From the IMG/VR virus record IMGVR_UViG_3300045580_000182, positions 1 to 29,642 of that record: DNA of 29,642 bases. One strand, given 5' to 3'. Each line of letters opens with the position of its first letter. The first letter of the stretch is position 1. The DNA comes from a virus. Lineage: Duplodnaviria > Caudoviricetes. This document shows positions 9,246 through 17,886 of this stretch, piece after piece. The notes under the pieces are model-generated. The model saw only the letters and a program-made list of their open reading frames with translations, ran no database searches and was not told the origin of the DNA. The position numbers were made by a program, and so were the translations under genes.

Positions 9246-9691
9246 CAGATCAAGCTCCCCTCGCCGACAATGACGATCTCGTAGGTCGTGCCCGCCGTCG
9301 ATGCCAGATAGAGCGTTGCCGCAGTCGTTCCGGCCGCAGTCGGATTCACGGCCAAGAGCATCCCGCCAGCGGGCACGCTGCCCGTGTAGGCACCAGTGAC
9401 CGTGATCGCATTGGAGGCGTGCGTATTGCGAATGTAGAGCACCTTCGCAGCCGTGAATGCAATCGTGACAGCAGCCCCATCGCGGGTGTCAGGCAGCGAC
9501 GAAAGCTGATACGTGTCTGTCCCGGCAGACGTGACAGAGTCGCTGTAGATCACCTGGGCCTGACCGGCGGCCGTGCCATCGGCAAACGCCGTGAAATACT
9601 CGGCCTTCGTTACGCGGGTGTTCTTCGCAATGTCGGCAGCGTCGGTTTCAATGCCGACGATCCGGCAGAGGATTTCAGCGGACAGGCTCAT
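9245..9691 (-). CDS. Hypothetical virion structural protein
   Basis: Ala/Thr-rich, 148 aa; start/stop overlaps with both neighbours. Confidence 0.65.
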   Translation of the reverse strand: MSLSAEILCRIVGIETDAADIAKNTRVTKAEYFTAFADGTAAGQAQVIYSDSVTSAGTDTYQLSSLPDTRDGAAVTIAFTAAKVLYIRNTHASNAITVTGAYTGSVPAGGMLLAVNPTAAGTTAATLYLASTAGTTYEIVIVGEGSLI

Positions 9692-10269
9692 GTGTATGAC
9701 CCCCATGACACGGTATCGAGCAGCCGCTTCGCAGCGTCAGGCATCTGCCCGTCGCCACGCTTCTCGTAGAGTTCGTGTACGCACATGAGCATGGCCGACT
9801 TCACACGCTGGGGCACGTCGGCAGCCGAGCCGTAGCCCGCCCACCACGACACCGTGACGGCATTGGCATCTAGCAGGTGGCTGGGCCATGAGCCGCCGTA
9901 CAGCGTGCGGATCGCCCCCGGCGTCGAATCACGGTCAACCCGGTACTCGCTGGTCGAGAGAGTCGCCGTGCCGCCAGCCTCGCCCGTGACATACGTGATC
10001 GTGACGGCCGTGGCCGTGCCGCTGGCAATCATCGGCGGGCGAGGCAGTTCAATCTCTCCTGGGAACGCATCCAGCTTCATCACAAGCTGCTGCGTCACAA
10101 GAGCCCGGTCGATGTAGTCCTCGACCCACTCGCGGGCCGTGGTGATGTAGCCCTGGATCAGAACATCGTCGGTGGACGAATCGACGCGGCAGTGAGCCTT
10201 TGCTTCGGCCAGCGTGATCGGCTCCACCGTTGGGGCGACGGTTCGCTTGAGGCTGCGGTAGCGTTTCAC
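9688..10269 (-). CDS. Head-tail connector protein (HK97 gp6 / phiE125 gp8-like)
   Basis: EPITLAEAKAHCRVD...AREWVE...RALVTQ...AGYG...VP...ELYEKR. Confidence 0.92.
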   Translation of the reverse strand: MKRYRSLKRTVAPTVEPITLAEAKAHCRVDSSTDDVLIQGYITTAREWVEDYIDRALVTQQLVMKLDAFPGEIELPRPPMIASGTATAVTITYVTGEAGGTATLSTSEYRVDRDSTPGAIRTLYGGSWPSHLLDANAVTVSWWAGYGSAADVPQRVKSAMLMCVHELYEKRGDGQMPDAAKRLLDTVSWGSYT

Positions 10270-10466
10270 TTGCGGCGTCTCCGTGGCGTCATGTCTGCCG
10301 ACTCAGCGACCGGCTCCACGCTCGCCGTCTCGATCAAGTCCTGCTGGGCGTTCCGCACCTCGGTGGCGTACTCCCAGGCGATCAGGCTCAAAGCCTGCCG
10401 CTCGGGGAGGTCGATCACCTCGCCGGCCTTGTAGGCACCATGTGCCCGCTTCATTCGTATTTTCAT
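10266..10466 (-). CDS. Small head-region protein
   Basis: MKIRMKRAHGAYKAGEVIDLP; stop/start overlaps on both sides. Confidence 0.7.
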   Translation of the reverse strand: MKIRMKRAHGAYKAGEVIDLPERQALSLIAWEYATEVRNAQQDLIETASVEPVAESADMTPRRRRK

Positions 10467-11200
10467 TCTTCGCCTACCTTCCATGCAGACTTAGGAGGCT
10501 TCCGCGTCTCCTGCCACTCGTTGCAATACTGAAACACCGGCTGGCCGAGTTCCTGGCTGGGCCACGTAATCACGTACTCGCCGTGCCCGATGCAGACACG
10601 GGGCGTGATGTAGAGGCGGTTGCCAGACGCCTTGAACTGCTTCCAGAACCAGATGTCGGAGTCGATTCTGCCGTCCCCCCAGGAGCCGCTGGGGTCAGGC
10701 TGTTCGTGGAACCACGGCTTCTTCATCCGCCGCAGGGCAGCAGTCGAGATGATGGTGCACCCAAAATGTGCCGTATCCACCTGCTGAACCGGAGCGCCGA
10801 ACCACTCACGCGGCACCGATGTCACGCCACCCGGCGGCGGGTTGTCCAGCGTGTCGAGGAGCGTGAGCATCGGCCGCCCGTCTTCCCGCTTAGTCTGGAT
10901 CGGGGCAAGGGCGTCGCACTGGAAGGTCATGGCCAGGGCGAAGAGATGCTCCACCGATTCCCTGCAAGTGAAGCTATCCATGTCGAGGCAGAGGATGTAT
11001 TCCGTTGTCGGCTCGAACTTCTCCATCATGCGGGTCAGCACTTGCGACCAGAACGCACCCTGCCCAAGCGTGGGCCGGATATGCAACGGCATGAGGGATT
11101 CGATGAAGCCGAACACATTGATGAGCGGCCCGAATCGTGGCCCCGACAGGATCGCCTCGCACCGCACTTCGACCGACGAATTGCCGACTTGAACGAGCAT
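10463..11200 (-). CDS. GT-A fold (GT2-like) glycosyltransferase
   Basis: YILCLDMDS (DxD), TAHFGCTII, KKPWF, DSDIWFWKQFKASG, CIGH; GGAG RBS before ATG 11200. Confidence 0.7.
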   Translation of the reverse strand: MLVQVGNSSVEVRCEAILSGPRFGPLINVFGFIESLMPLHIRPTLGQGAFWSQVLTRMMEKFEPTTEYILCLDMDSFTCRESVEHLFALAMTFQCDALAPIQTKREDGRPMLTLLDTLDNPPPGGVTSVPREWFGAPVQQVDTAHFGCTIISTAALRRMKKPWFHEQPDPSGSWGDGRIDSDIWFWKQFKASGNRLYITPRVCIGHGEYVITWPSQELGQPVFQYCNEWQETRKPPKSAWKVGEE

Positions 11201-11212
11201 GGTCACTCCAGA

Positions 11213-11253
11213 AAACAGAAACGGCGGGGAAGGCAATCGCCATCCCCGCCGTC
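11213..11253 (-). terminator. Intrinsic terminator-like hairpin after the capsid genes
   Basis: Minus strand ACGGCGGGGA TGGC GATT GCCT TCCCCGCCGT followed by TTCTGTTTT. Confidence 0.65.
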
Positions 11254-11254
11254 T

Positions 11255-11273
11255 ACTGTGCTCGCGTTGTCAA
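11255..11273 (-). promoter_or_regulatory. TTGAC-N8-CACAGT promoter-like motif
   Basis: Minus strand TTGAC AACGCGAG CACAGT; intergenic. Confidence 0.45.
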
Positions 11274-11278
11274 GCCGA

Positions 11279-11728
11279 TCAGCCGACAGCCTGGGTGTTC
11301 ACGCCCTTGGCAGCAGCCGACACCGGGCCTTCATCGCCCTTGCTCAGACGGCACGACGTGATGACGCCGCAGGTCGAAGCCGGGGTCGCGTAGACCGTGA
11401 GGTAACGCTTCTTGCCCTTCAGGTCGATGTCGAACCGATGGGCGTACCCGACAGACGAGGTCGCGGTGACACCAGCCCCGACCGTGAAGTCAGTGCCAGC
11501 GACGAAGCCGCTGATGTTCGCCTGCCCGCTTCCGGCAACGTCACTCTGGGCAACCCGCAGCACGTTGGCAGCGGTCGAGGGACCGGAAGCCGAAGTGAAG
11601 GGGCTGAACAGCACGTCGATGGACGCGTGGTTGAAGCCAAGCGTGTCGATCTCAACCGAATGGGTCGCGGTCAGGGCAACCGAAGTCTCGGCCTTGCTGA
11701 CGCTCTTGCTAGCAGCTACGTGGTTCAT
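11279..11728 (-). CDS. Putative capsid decoration / cement protein
   Basis: 149 aa beta-rich gene directly after the major capsid gene and before the terminator. Confidence 0.65.
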   Translation of the reverse strand: MNHVAASKSVSKAETSVALTATHSVEIDTLGFNHASIDVLFSPFTSASGPSTAANVLRVAQSDVAGSGQANISGFVAGTDFTVGAGVTATSSVGYAHRFDIDLKGKKRYLTVYATPASTCGVITSCRLSKGDEGPVSAAAKGVNTQAVG

Positions 11729-11759
11729 GTGGTCAAGAGTCTCCTAGAAGGTGTCAGAA

Positions 11760-13121
11760 TCAGCCGAACTTGAGGGCCACGACAGGACCGGCCTTCGTGG
11801 TGCTGCCGAGATCATGCACGACCATCGCGTTGCGGGTGGTCGCGAAGGTGAGGGTCTGATCGAACTCGACGTACCGCTCGGAAGCGGTGCGGATCGAGAC
11901 GGCCCGACGCTCGCCGAACGTGGCAGCCTGCGAGAGGTCGCCGAAGAGGCAGGCCACCTTGCCGGTAGTGCCGGTCAGGCCCGACTCCAGGCTGTGCACC
12001 AGCCGCACCGGATAGCCCAGGAACTGCTCCCCGAAGCCAGCCGCCACGTTGTCGCCCGTGTTGCCGCCCGCGTTGGACGAGCCACCAGGGAGCATGGCGA
12101 GCCGCAGCATCGCGGCACCCCAGCCGACCGGCGACACGTACCATGCCGCGTTCCGGCGGGCGTAGAGCGGCAGCTTGGCGAGCACATCAGTGAAGTTCTT
12201 CAGCGTCAGGTCATCGAACGTGTCATTCGAGGTGGCCGTCACGACCGAAGCCGAGTAGGCCGACTGAAGAATCTTCGTCGCAATGCCGGTCGTGCCGTGA
12301 TAGGCATTCGTGCCGTCACCGATGAAGCCCGCATTGTCGAAGGCTTCGGCGAACGCCTGGGCCACTTCCACCGCCATCGCGTCAGCGAGGTCGATGATCG
12401 AGTCCTCAAGCAGCGAGTTCGGGATGCGGTTCGCCACGCCCCAAATCTTCGCATTCAGTTCAATGTTGTCGAACGTCACGTCGCTCTGCGTCACCTCGAC
12501 ATTCTCGCCAACCGGCCGAGCGGCAAGTCCACCCGTCCGACGAGCGATGACCAGCGTGTCGCTGTTCATCGACACCCGGCGAGCGTACTGAGGGAACGCA
12601 CCGTAGGACTCAACCAAACGCACGATCTCGGAAGCCATTTCGGGTGCCAAAAGCACACCGCCGAGCGAGTTGACGCCGCTGGCCTGGGCGCGGCTCTCAA
12701 CGCCGTGATCGAGGCACCACCGACGGGCTTCGGCATCACCGAACACGAAGCCCTTGATGTGCATGCCGGCACGGTAGGCATCCTCACTCGACCGGAACGC
12801 AACCAGCTTCCCGTGCGACTTCGGCACGGCGTACTCACGCTTTTCCACGGCAGGCTCCTTAGTCTCGGGGGCTTCAATCGCCTTGGCCGGGGCGGAACGC
12901 TCCAGCACGGCACGCAACTCGGCTTCCTTCGCCTGCACGCGTTGCAGGAACTCAACCCGCTCGCGGAGCTTGTCGGCCTTGGCTTCGAGCGACCGGAGCG
13001 ACGCTTCCTGCTCCTCGGTCATGGGGGCCGCCTCTTCGCCCTCGGGGGCGTCCTCGGTCATCGCCTCCATCTCGGCGACAACAGCGGCAAGCTCGTCCAG
13101 AAGTGCCTTGATCTTGTCCAC
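11760..13121 (-). CDS. Major capsid protein, HK97 fold, with N-terminal coiled-coil delta domain
   Basis: GGVLLAPEM, VGEN, IPNSLLEDS, FIGDGT, FLGYPV, LFGDLS motifs; AGGAG RBS before GTG. Confidence 0.95.
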   Translation of the reverse strand: MDKIKALLDELAAVVAEMEAMTEDAPEGEEAAPMTEEQEASLRSLEAKADKLRERVEFLQRVQAKEAELRAVLERSAPAKAIEAPETKEPAVEKREYAVPKSHGKLVAFRSSEDAYRAGMHIKGFVFGDAEARRWCLDHGVESRAQASGVNSLGGVLLAPEMASEIVRLVESYGAFPQYARRVSMNSDTLVIARRTGGLAARPVGENVEVTQSDVTFDNIELNAKIWGVANRIPNSLLEDSIIDLADAMAVEVAQAFAEAFDNAGFIGDGTNAYHGTTGIATKILQSAYSASVVTATSNDTFDDLTLKNFTDVLAKLPLYARRNAAWYVSPVGWGAAMLRLAMLPGGSSNAGGNTGDNVAAGFGEQFLGYPVRLVHSLESGLTGTTGKVACLFGDLSQAATFGERRAVSIRTASERYVEFDQTLTFATTRNAMVVHDLGSTTKAGPVVALKFG

Positions 13122-13233
13122 GGCGGAAATCTCCTAGTGCGATTCGTGGCGACGCGGACGCATCGCCTACGGTCGAAACTAGGGGTCGCACCCCAGACCC
13201 TTGCAGACATAGAGCCGGCGAGAGTAAAGAACC

Positions 13234-13407
13234 TCAGCCGGCCTTCATGCGACGAACTTCAGTCGCCGGCAGGATGTGCTTGTCGGTGTTGCCGCATTCG
13301 CGGCACCGCAAGTACCGAATTTGGTACTCGCCCTGCTGCTGACTGCTCGCCACGGACAGCCGCCCGACGCGGCACTTCGGGCAGGGGTCGTTGGTCTTAG
13401 CGGCCAT
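13234..13407 (-). CDS. Small zinc-ribbon protein (Ogr/Delta-like spacing), absent from the ORF track
   Basis: Manual translation MAAKTNDPCPKCRVGRLSVASSQQQGEYQIRYLRCRECGNTDKHILPATEVRRMKAG (57 aa, two CxxC). Confidence 0.75.
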   Translation of the reverse strand: MAAKTNDPCPKCRVGRLSVASSQQQGEYQIRYLRCRECGNTDKHILPATEVRRMKAG

Positions 13408-14407
13408 GCGTCTTGAGGAAGTTCCTGTAGAAGTCAGCCCGAGTTTCCATGTAGCGGCGGGCTTCGTCGTGCAGCCGCCGCTCTTCGCGGAAGTGCTGAT
13501 ACGACCGCTTCGCTACCGCCACGTCGGAATCCGGGTAGGCCGGGAACGTAGTTGGGCTTACATCGATTAAAGAATCGATGGCTGTGACGGTCCTAATTGA
13601 TCGACCATCCTCAACACTCCACGACTCGCCACCCTTGGCGATCTGGAACGCGAACGAACTGCCACGCACGATGCCCGCACGGATGTTGCTGGCGATGTCG
13701 CGGCCGTACGTGGTGTCGGGAACCGGGAACTCATACCGCAGCCCAACCTCATCCACGATTAGCCGCAGCGTGCCGGGGTAGCGGGCCAGCGGGTAGTTGG
13801 CGTCGTGGTTCCAGAGAGCCCGCGTCTCCAACGGCTTCTTCCGCCCACGCCGCTCCTGCACGATGCCAAACGCCTGCGGGTCAATCCGCTCCACGAAGTC
13901 GCCCAGGTCGAGCGAGTTGATGCCGAACTTCGCGGCATAGCCGACGATCCATTCGTTCGTCTTGCCGTCCTCGGCACTGCGAGTCTCCACTGCCAGCAGC
14001 GGCACGTCCGACTCGATCTCGTCAAGGTTCAGGCTGCGTCGTTCAATCGCCATGCTTCGGTTCTCCTCGTCTGCGGCGTTCATCTGTTCAACCAGTTTGC
14101 GACTCCATGCCCAGCCGGGATCGCTGCCCCATAGCGCCCAGGCTATACGCCCGTTGGATGGGAACCCGTCCTCGCCGGGACTCCATCCCGTCGTTCCCAC
14201 GTTGACTTGGTGCCGGTCGAAGAACGCCTTCATGCGGCGTGCCGTGTCCGGGCTGATGTTCACTCCGTTCGACAAGTCGCGGGCGCGAGCAACGCCGACT
14301 GCCGTGCCGCCTCGGCCGTACTCGCTTCGCCACGCCAGACCCTTCGCCGCTTCCTCGCGGACGCCAGCCGGGGGCGTGAAGTCGATGTGGTCATACTTCG
14401 CCGCCAT
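13397..14407 (-). CDS. HK97-family prohead protease with a ~118-aa N-terminal extra domain
   Basis: IVGYAAKF, FVERIDPQAF, ALWNHD, DEVGLRYE, GSSFAF, DVSPTTFPAYPDS motifs; GAGG RBS before ATG 14407. Confidence 0.92.
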   Translation of the reverse strand: MAAKYDHIDFTPPAGVREEAAKGLAWRSEYGRGGTAVGVARARDLSNGVNISPDTARRMKAFFDRHQVNVGTTGWSPGEDGFPSNGRIAWALWGSDPGWAWSRKLVEQMNAADEENRSMAIERRSLNLDEIESDVPLLAVETRSAEDGKTNEWIVGYAAKFGINSLDLGDFVERIDPQAFGIVQERRGRKKPLETRALWNHDANYPLARYPGTLRLIVDEVGLRYEFPVPDTTYGRDIASNIRAGIVRGSSFAFQIAKGGESWSVEDGRSIRTVTAIDSLIDVSPTTFPAYPDSDVAVAKRSYQHFREERRLHDEARRYMETRADFYRNFLKTHGR

Positions 14408-16280
14408 CGCTGCCCCTCTTCTTGCGGCTCCGCTTCTTCGGCTCCGGTGCTGGCTTGTCCGTGATCGTCTGCGGCGAATCGTCCACCCATACATCCACGC
14501 TCACGCCAGCCGCATCGGCAGCGTCAGCCTTGAGCGTGTCGCCACCGACGAGCAGTACCTGGCTAAACGCGTCGGCGTAGTCGCCAAGCGTCTCCATGAC
14601 CGTGGCCCGGTCCTGCTCGGGCCGCCGCGAGATCATCACGACCGTGTTCCCATCTGCTACCGCCTTGCGGGCGAACTCGCCCCACAGGGCGGGGTCGGCC
14701 GCAAACGTCCGGTCGAAGTCGATGCTGACGGTCATCGCCCGCAACTCTGGCAGCGAGCGTCCCGCCGGGGCGGCGATCACCGGCTCGGCTTGCGGCGGCT
14801 GCGCAGGCTCCGCTGCTGGCACGGGCTGGCTCTCGACCACCCCGGCGAGGATCGCCGTAACCTGTGCAGCGGAGATGCTCGGGAACGACGCCGCGATCAT
14901 CGCCGCCGCACCTTCCTTCGTGAGCAGGCCCGCCGGCACCTGGGCGATGATGGCAATCAGCCCCGTGATCTGCGCACCGTTCAGCGACACATCCGCAACC
15001 TGCGGAGCCTCGGGCTGCGTCGGCTCGGGCGTCGCCGCCACCGGCTCGCCAGCCGCAGCCGCAAGCCCGCCTTCGACCGCCTGCCCGTCGATGCCGCTCC
15101 CCGGCTCTTGCTGGGCCAGCACATCCTCCGCAGTCGGCGGGGCACCCAGCGTGCCCATGTTCAGTGGGTGGTAGCGAACCTCGCCGCCTTCGACCGGGTC
15201 CATGTTCTCCAGTTCGCGGATGTCGTTCGTGTTCAGCACGCCGATGTCCCACATCGCACGGTAGTACGCTGACCGGCTCGAGGAGTCGCCACGCATCAGC
15301 CCGCGAATGTCGAACTCAACCAGATAGCGATCATCGTCGGCGATGAGGTCACGCATGAACGCCGACTCAAACCGCCGCAGCCACGGCAGGATGGTGTGCG
15401 TGACGAACTTCTCTTCGTCGTTCGGGCCAGCACTGCCAATGCCAAGCACCCAACCCGGGCACCGGAACAGACGTGCGATCTCTTCCAACTGGTAGCGGCG
15501 AAGCTCCAGAAACTGGGCGTCGCTGTTGCTGCTCTGCGGAATCTCAAACGGACGCAGCCCGCCCGTCAGCACCGCCGTGTTGTGGGAATTGCCCACGCCG
15601 CCATGCCGCCGGTCCCACTGCGACCGGAGAGCCTCGCGGGCCTCCGCGTTTAGTTGCCCTTCGGTCGAGAGTACAAACCCGGGGCGGGCACCGGCCGCAA
15701 AGAAGCGTGCCCCGTGCAACTCGCAAGCCCGGGCTAGTGCGATAGCGTCCTTGCACTCCTCCACAATCGACATGCCGTTGACGCCGTCATCAGACGGGCC
15801 GCGAACCTGGAGGATGAGCGACTCGTTGATCGGCCGCTCGTTGCCCTTGTCCTCGCGGTACTTGTACCGCAGCCGGCCGTTTTCCAGCCGCTCGATCTTC
15901 ATCCGCGACGGGTGCAGCGGGTGAATCTCGCCCGCCTTCAGTTCACTGAACGCATCGCCCCACAAGCCGACGTGAAACACCGCCTGCTCGCGCCACTCGA
16001 AGCTGGTCTGCCATCCGTTCGGCTGGGCGTGCAGTTGGCGATACAGGGGAAGCTCCCGGGCGATCCGCTTGCCGCCCCCGGCCGTCCGCTCGAGAACATG
16101 CAGCGGAAGGCTCGCCACCGTTTCGGCAATCACCCGTAGGCAAGAGAACACCGCCGCAACCGTGTGGGCGTTGTTCGCGTCGATCCGCACGCCGGCATTC
16201 GACCGGCTGCTCGGCTCGTCATCCCACATCCGCTCTTCGCCGGGGAGCCAGAGGATGCGGTGGTCTGCTTTGGAGATCAT
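14391..16280 (-). CDS. HK97-family portal protein with long C-terminal extension including a HAD-like domain
   Basis: VAAVFSCLRVIAETVASLPL, PNGWQT, DAQFLELR, EIARLFRCP, NDIRELENMDP; tail contains DFDRT...ISRR...K...WVDD; ATGA overlap with terL. Confidence 0.93.
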   Translation of the reverse strand: MISKADHRILWLPGEERMWDDEPSSRSNAGVRIDANNAHTVAAVFSCLRVIAETVASLPLHVLERTAGGGKRIARELPLYRQLHAQPNGWQTSFEWREQAVFHVGLWGDAFSELKAGEIHPLHPSRMKIERLENGRLRYKYREDKGNERPINESLILQVRGPSDDGVNGMSIVEECKDAIALARACELHGARFFAAGARPGFVLSTEGQLNAEAREALRSQWDRRHGGVGNSHNTAVLTGGLRPFEIPQSSNSDAQFLELRRYQLEEIARLFRCPGWVLGIGSAGPNDEEKFVTHTILPWLRRFESAFMRDLIADDDRYLVEFDIRGLMRGDSSSRSAYYRAMWDIGVLNTNDIRELENMDPVEGGEVRYHPLNMGTLGAPPTAEDVLAQQEPGSGIDGQAVEGGLAAAAGEPVAATPEPTQPEAPQVADVSLNGAQITGLIAIIAQVPAGLLTKEGAAAMIAASFPSISAAQVTAILAGVVESQPVPAAEPAQPPQAEPVIAAPAGRSLPELRAMTVSIDFDRTFAADPALWGEFARKAVADGNTVVMISRRPEQDRATVMETLGDYADAFSQVLLVGGDTLKADAADAAGVSVDVWVDDSPQTITDKPAPEPKKRSRKKRGSDGGEV

Positions 16281-17843
16281 ATAAAGAAGATTTCTGGCGT
16301 GCCGCTCGGCTGTTGCTCGGCACCCATCCACGCTGCGATGCCTTCGCAGCAGGCCACGATGCCGTCAATTCGCTCCGTGCTCTTCGCCTTGCTGGGGTAG
16401 ATGTTGCCGTGCCGATCCTCAGCCACCGCACAATTCGACGCATTCCACGAAAACACCGGCTGCCCGCCATGCCGCACGCGGCCCGACAGAATCAGGTTTT
16501 CGAGAGTACGGAGCGGTGCACTCATGGCGCGACCGCCCTGCGGATATCCAACCACGTCCACCCCATCCCCTTGCAGCATGTTGGCGATCATCTGGCCGTT
16601 GAACTTCAAGTCCACCGCCAGCCGCCGCACGCCGTAGCGATTGCAGATTTCAAGAATGTCACGGTGCAAAACCGTGTAGTCGGTCACGTTGCCATCAGTC
16701 ACCCGAATGTGCCCGTCCCGAATCCAGCCCAGGTAATCGACCTTGTCCCGCTGGCTCCGCTCCACGGCATTCGCCTCGGGAATCCAGAAGAACGGCAGGA
16801 TGTCGAGGGAGTTGTCCTCAGGGTCTGGGCAGACGAGCACCAGGGCCGTGAGGTCGTACGTGCTTGCCAAGTCCAAGCCGGCGTACACCGGCCGGTCGCC
16901 GAACTCGCGGAGCGGCCCGCTACACGCGGCCCACGAATCCGGCTTGAAGAACCGCGTGTCCTGCGTAGTCCAGACATTGAGCCGGTATCGCAAAAATGAA
17001 TTGAGCTTCGTCGGGCTCTGCTCGGCCTCGCGGGCATCCGCCGCAAATGACTCCTCCGTGATCGTCTGGCCGAGCGACGGGTTGGCAATCCGCCAGACGC
17101 GAGGCTCCTTCCAGGTGCCATCCGCTCCGCTCTCGGGCGGGGCTGCGTAGATGCACCCGTAGAACGTCGGGTCGAACGTCGGGTCGGCAATGCACTTCTC
17201 CGCGTAGGCGTGCTGCTCCCAGCAGATGCTTTTGCGGTCGTAGCCCGCCGTCGTGATCGACAGGATCAGCGGCTGCCGGCGAGCCGCACCGCCGTACCGC
17301 AACGCATCCCACAATCGGCGATCTCGCTGGGCATGAAGCTCATCGAAGAGCAGCATGTGAATGTTCAAGCCTTCGGCCCGGAACGCATCGGCCGAGAGCA
17401 CCCGATAGAACGAGTTGCTCGCCTTGTGGATGATCGTCTTGCGCGAGTCCACCACCTCGAGCACCCGCGACAGGGCAGGCGACGAGCGGACCATCGACGC
17501 AGCCTCGCGGTAGATGATGCCCGCCTGCTCACGGTCGCACGCGGCACCGTAGATTTCCGCCCCCGGTTCCTTGTCGGCAACTAGGCCGTAGAGGGCCACG
17601 CCAGCGAGCGTCGTGCTCTTACCTTGTTTCTTTGGCAGCCGTCTGGGTTGTGCCCCCGAGCCGCTGTGGCCCAGGGGCACAACCCAGTTCTATGTAGCCC
17701 ACGCGGTATTGCCGCGTGTCTCCGTTGACTCGGCCGAACAGATTGCCGAGCACGTTCTTCTGCCACGGCATCAGCGTGAACGGCTGGCCGGCAGTCTGCC
17801 CCTTGCTGTGCCGCAGGATGCTCTCGAAGAAGTCGAAGCACAT
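16277..17843 (-). CDS. terL: Terminase large subunit; frame interrupted by a 49-nt insert at 17639-17687; start uncertain
   Basis: N-terminal frame has LMPWQ and RQYRVGYIEL; second frame has PKKQGKST (Walker A), LLFDELH (Walker B), ITTAG, GLDLAST, RIDGIVA. Removing 49 nt joins them as YIELPKKQGKS. Confidence 0.9.
17643..17687 (-). repeat. 45-nt hairpin (14-bp perfect inverted repeat plus 6-bp inner stem) inside terL
   Basis: Minus strand CTGGGTTGTGCCCC TGGGCC acagc GGCTCG GGGGCACAACCCAG. Confidence 0.95.
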
Positions 17844-17886
17844 CCCGGCCCGGTTGGGATCGACCTTTGCCAGAACGCCGGAATCT

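Noticed and set aside
10283-15272. Long plus-strand ORFs (10283..11773, 11751..13400, 13962..15272) and the other plus-strand ORFs
   Set aside because: Antisense shadows of high-GC minus-strand genes; low-complexity translations with no recognisable motifs
17636-17687. Group I/II intron or intein in terL
   Set aside because: 49 nt is far too short for a self-splicing core, and the insert is not in frame
17636-17687. Simple single-base sequencing frameshift
   Set aside because: A 1-nt fix would leave 16 extra residues between the beta-strand and the P-loop and would not explain the hairpin
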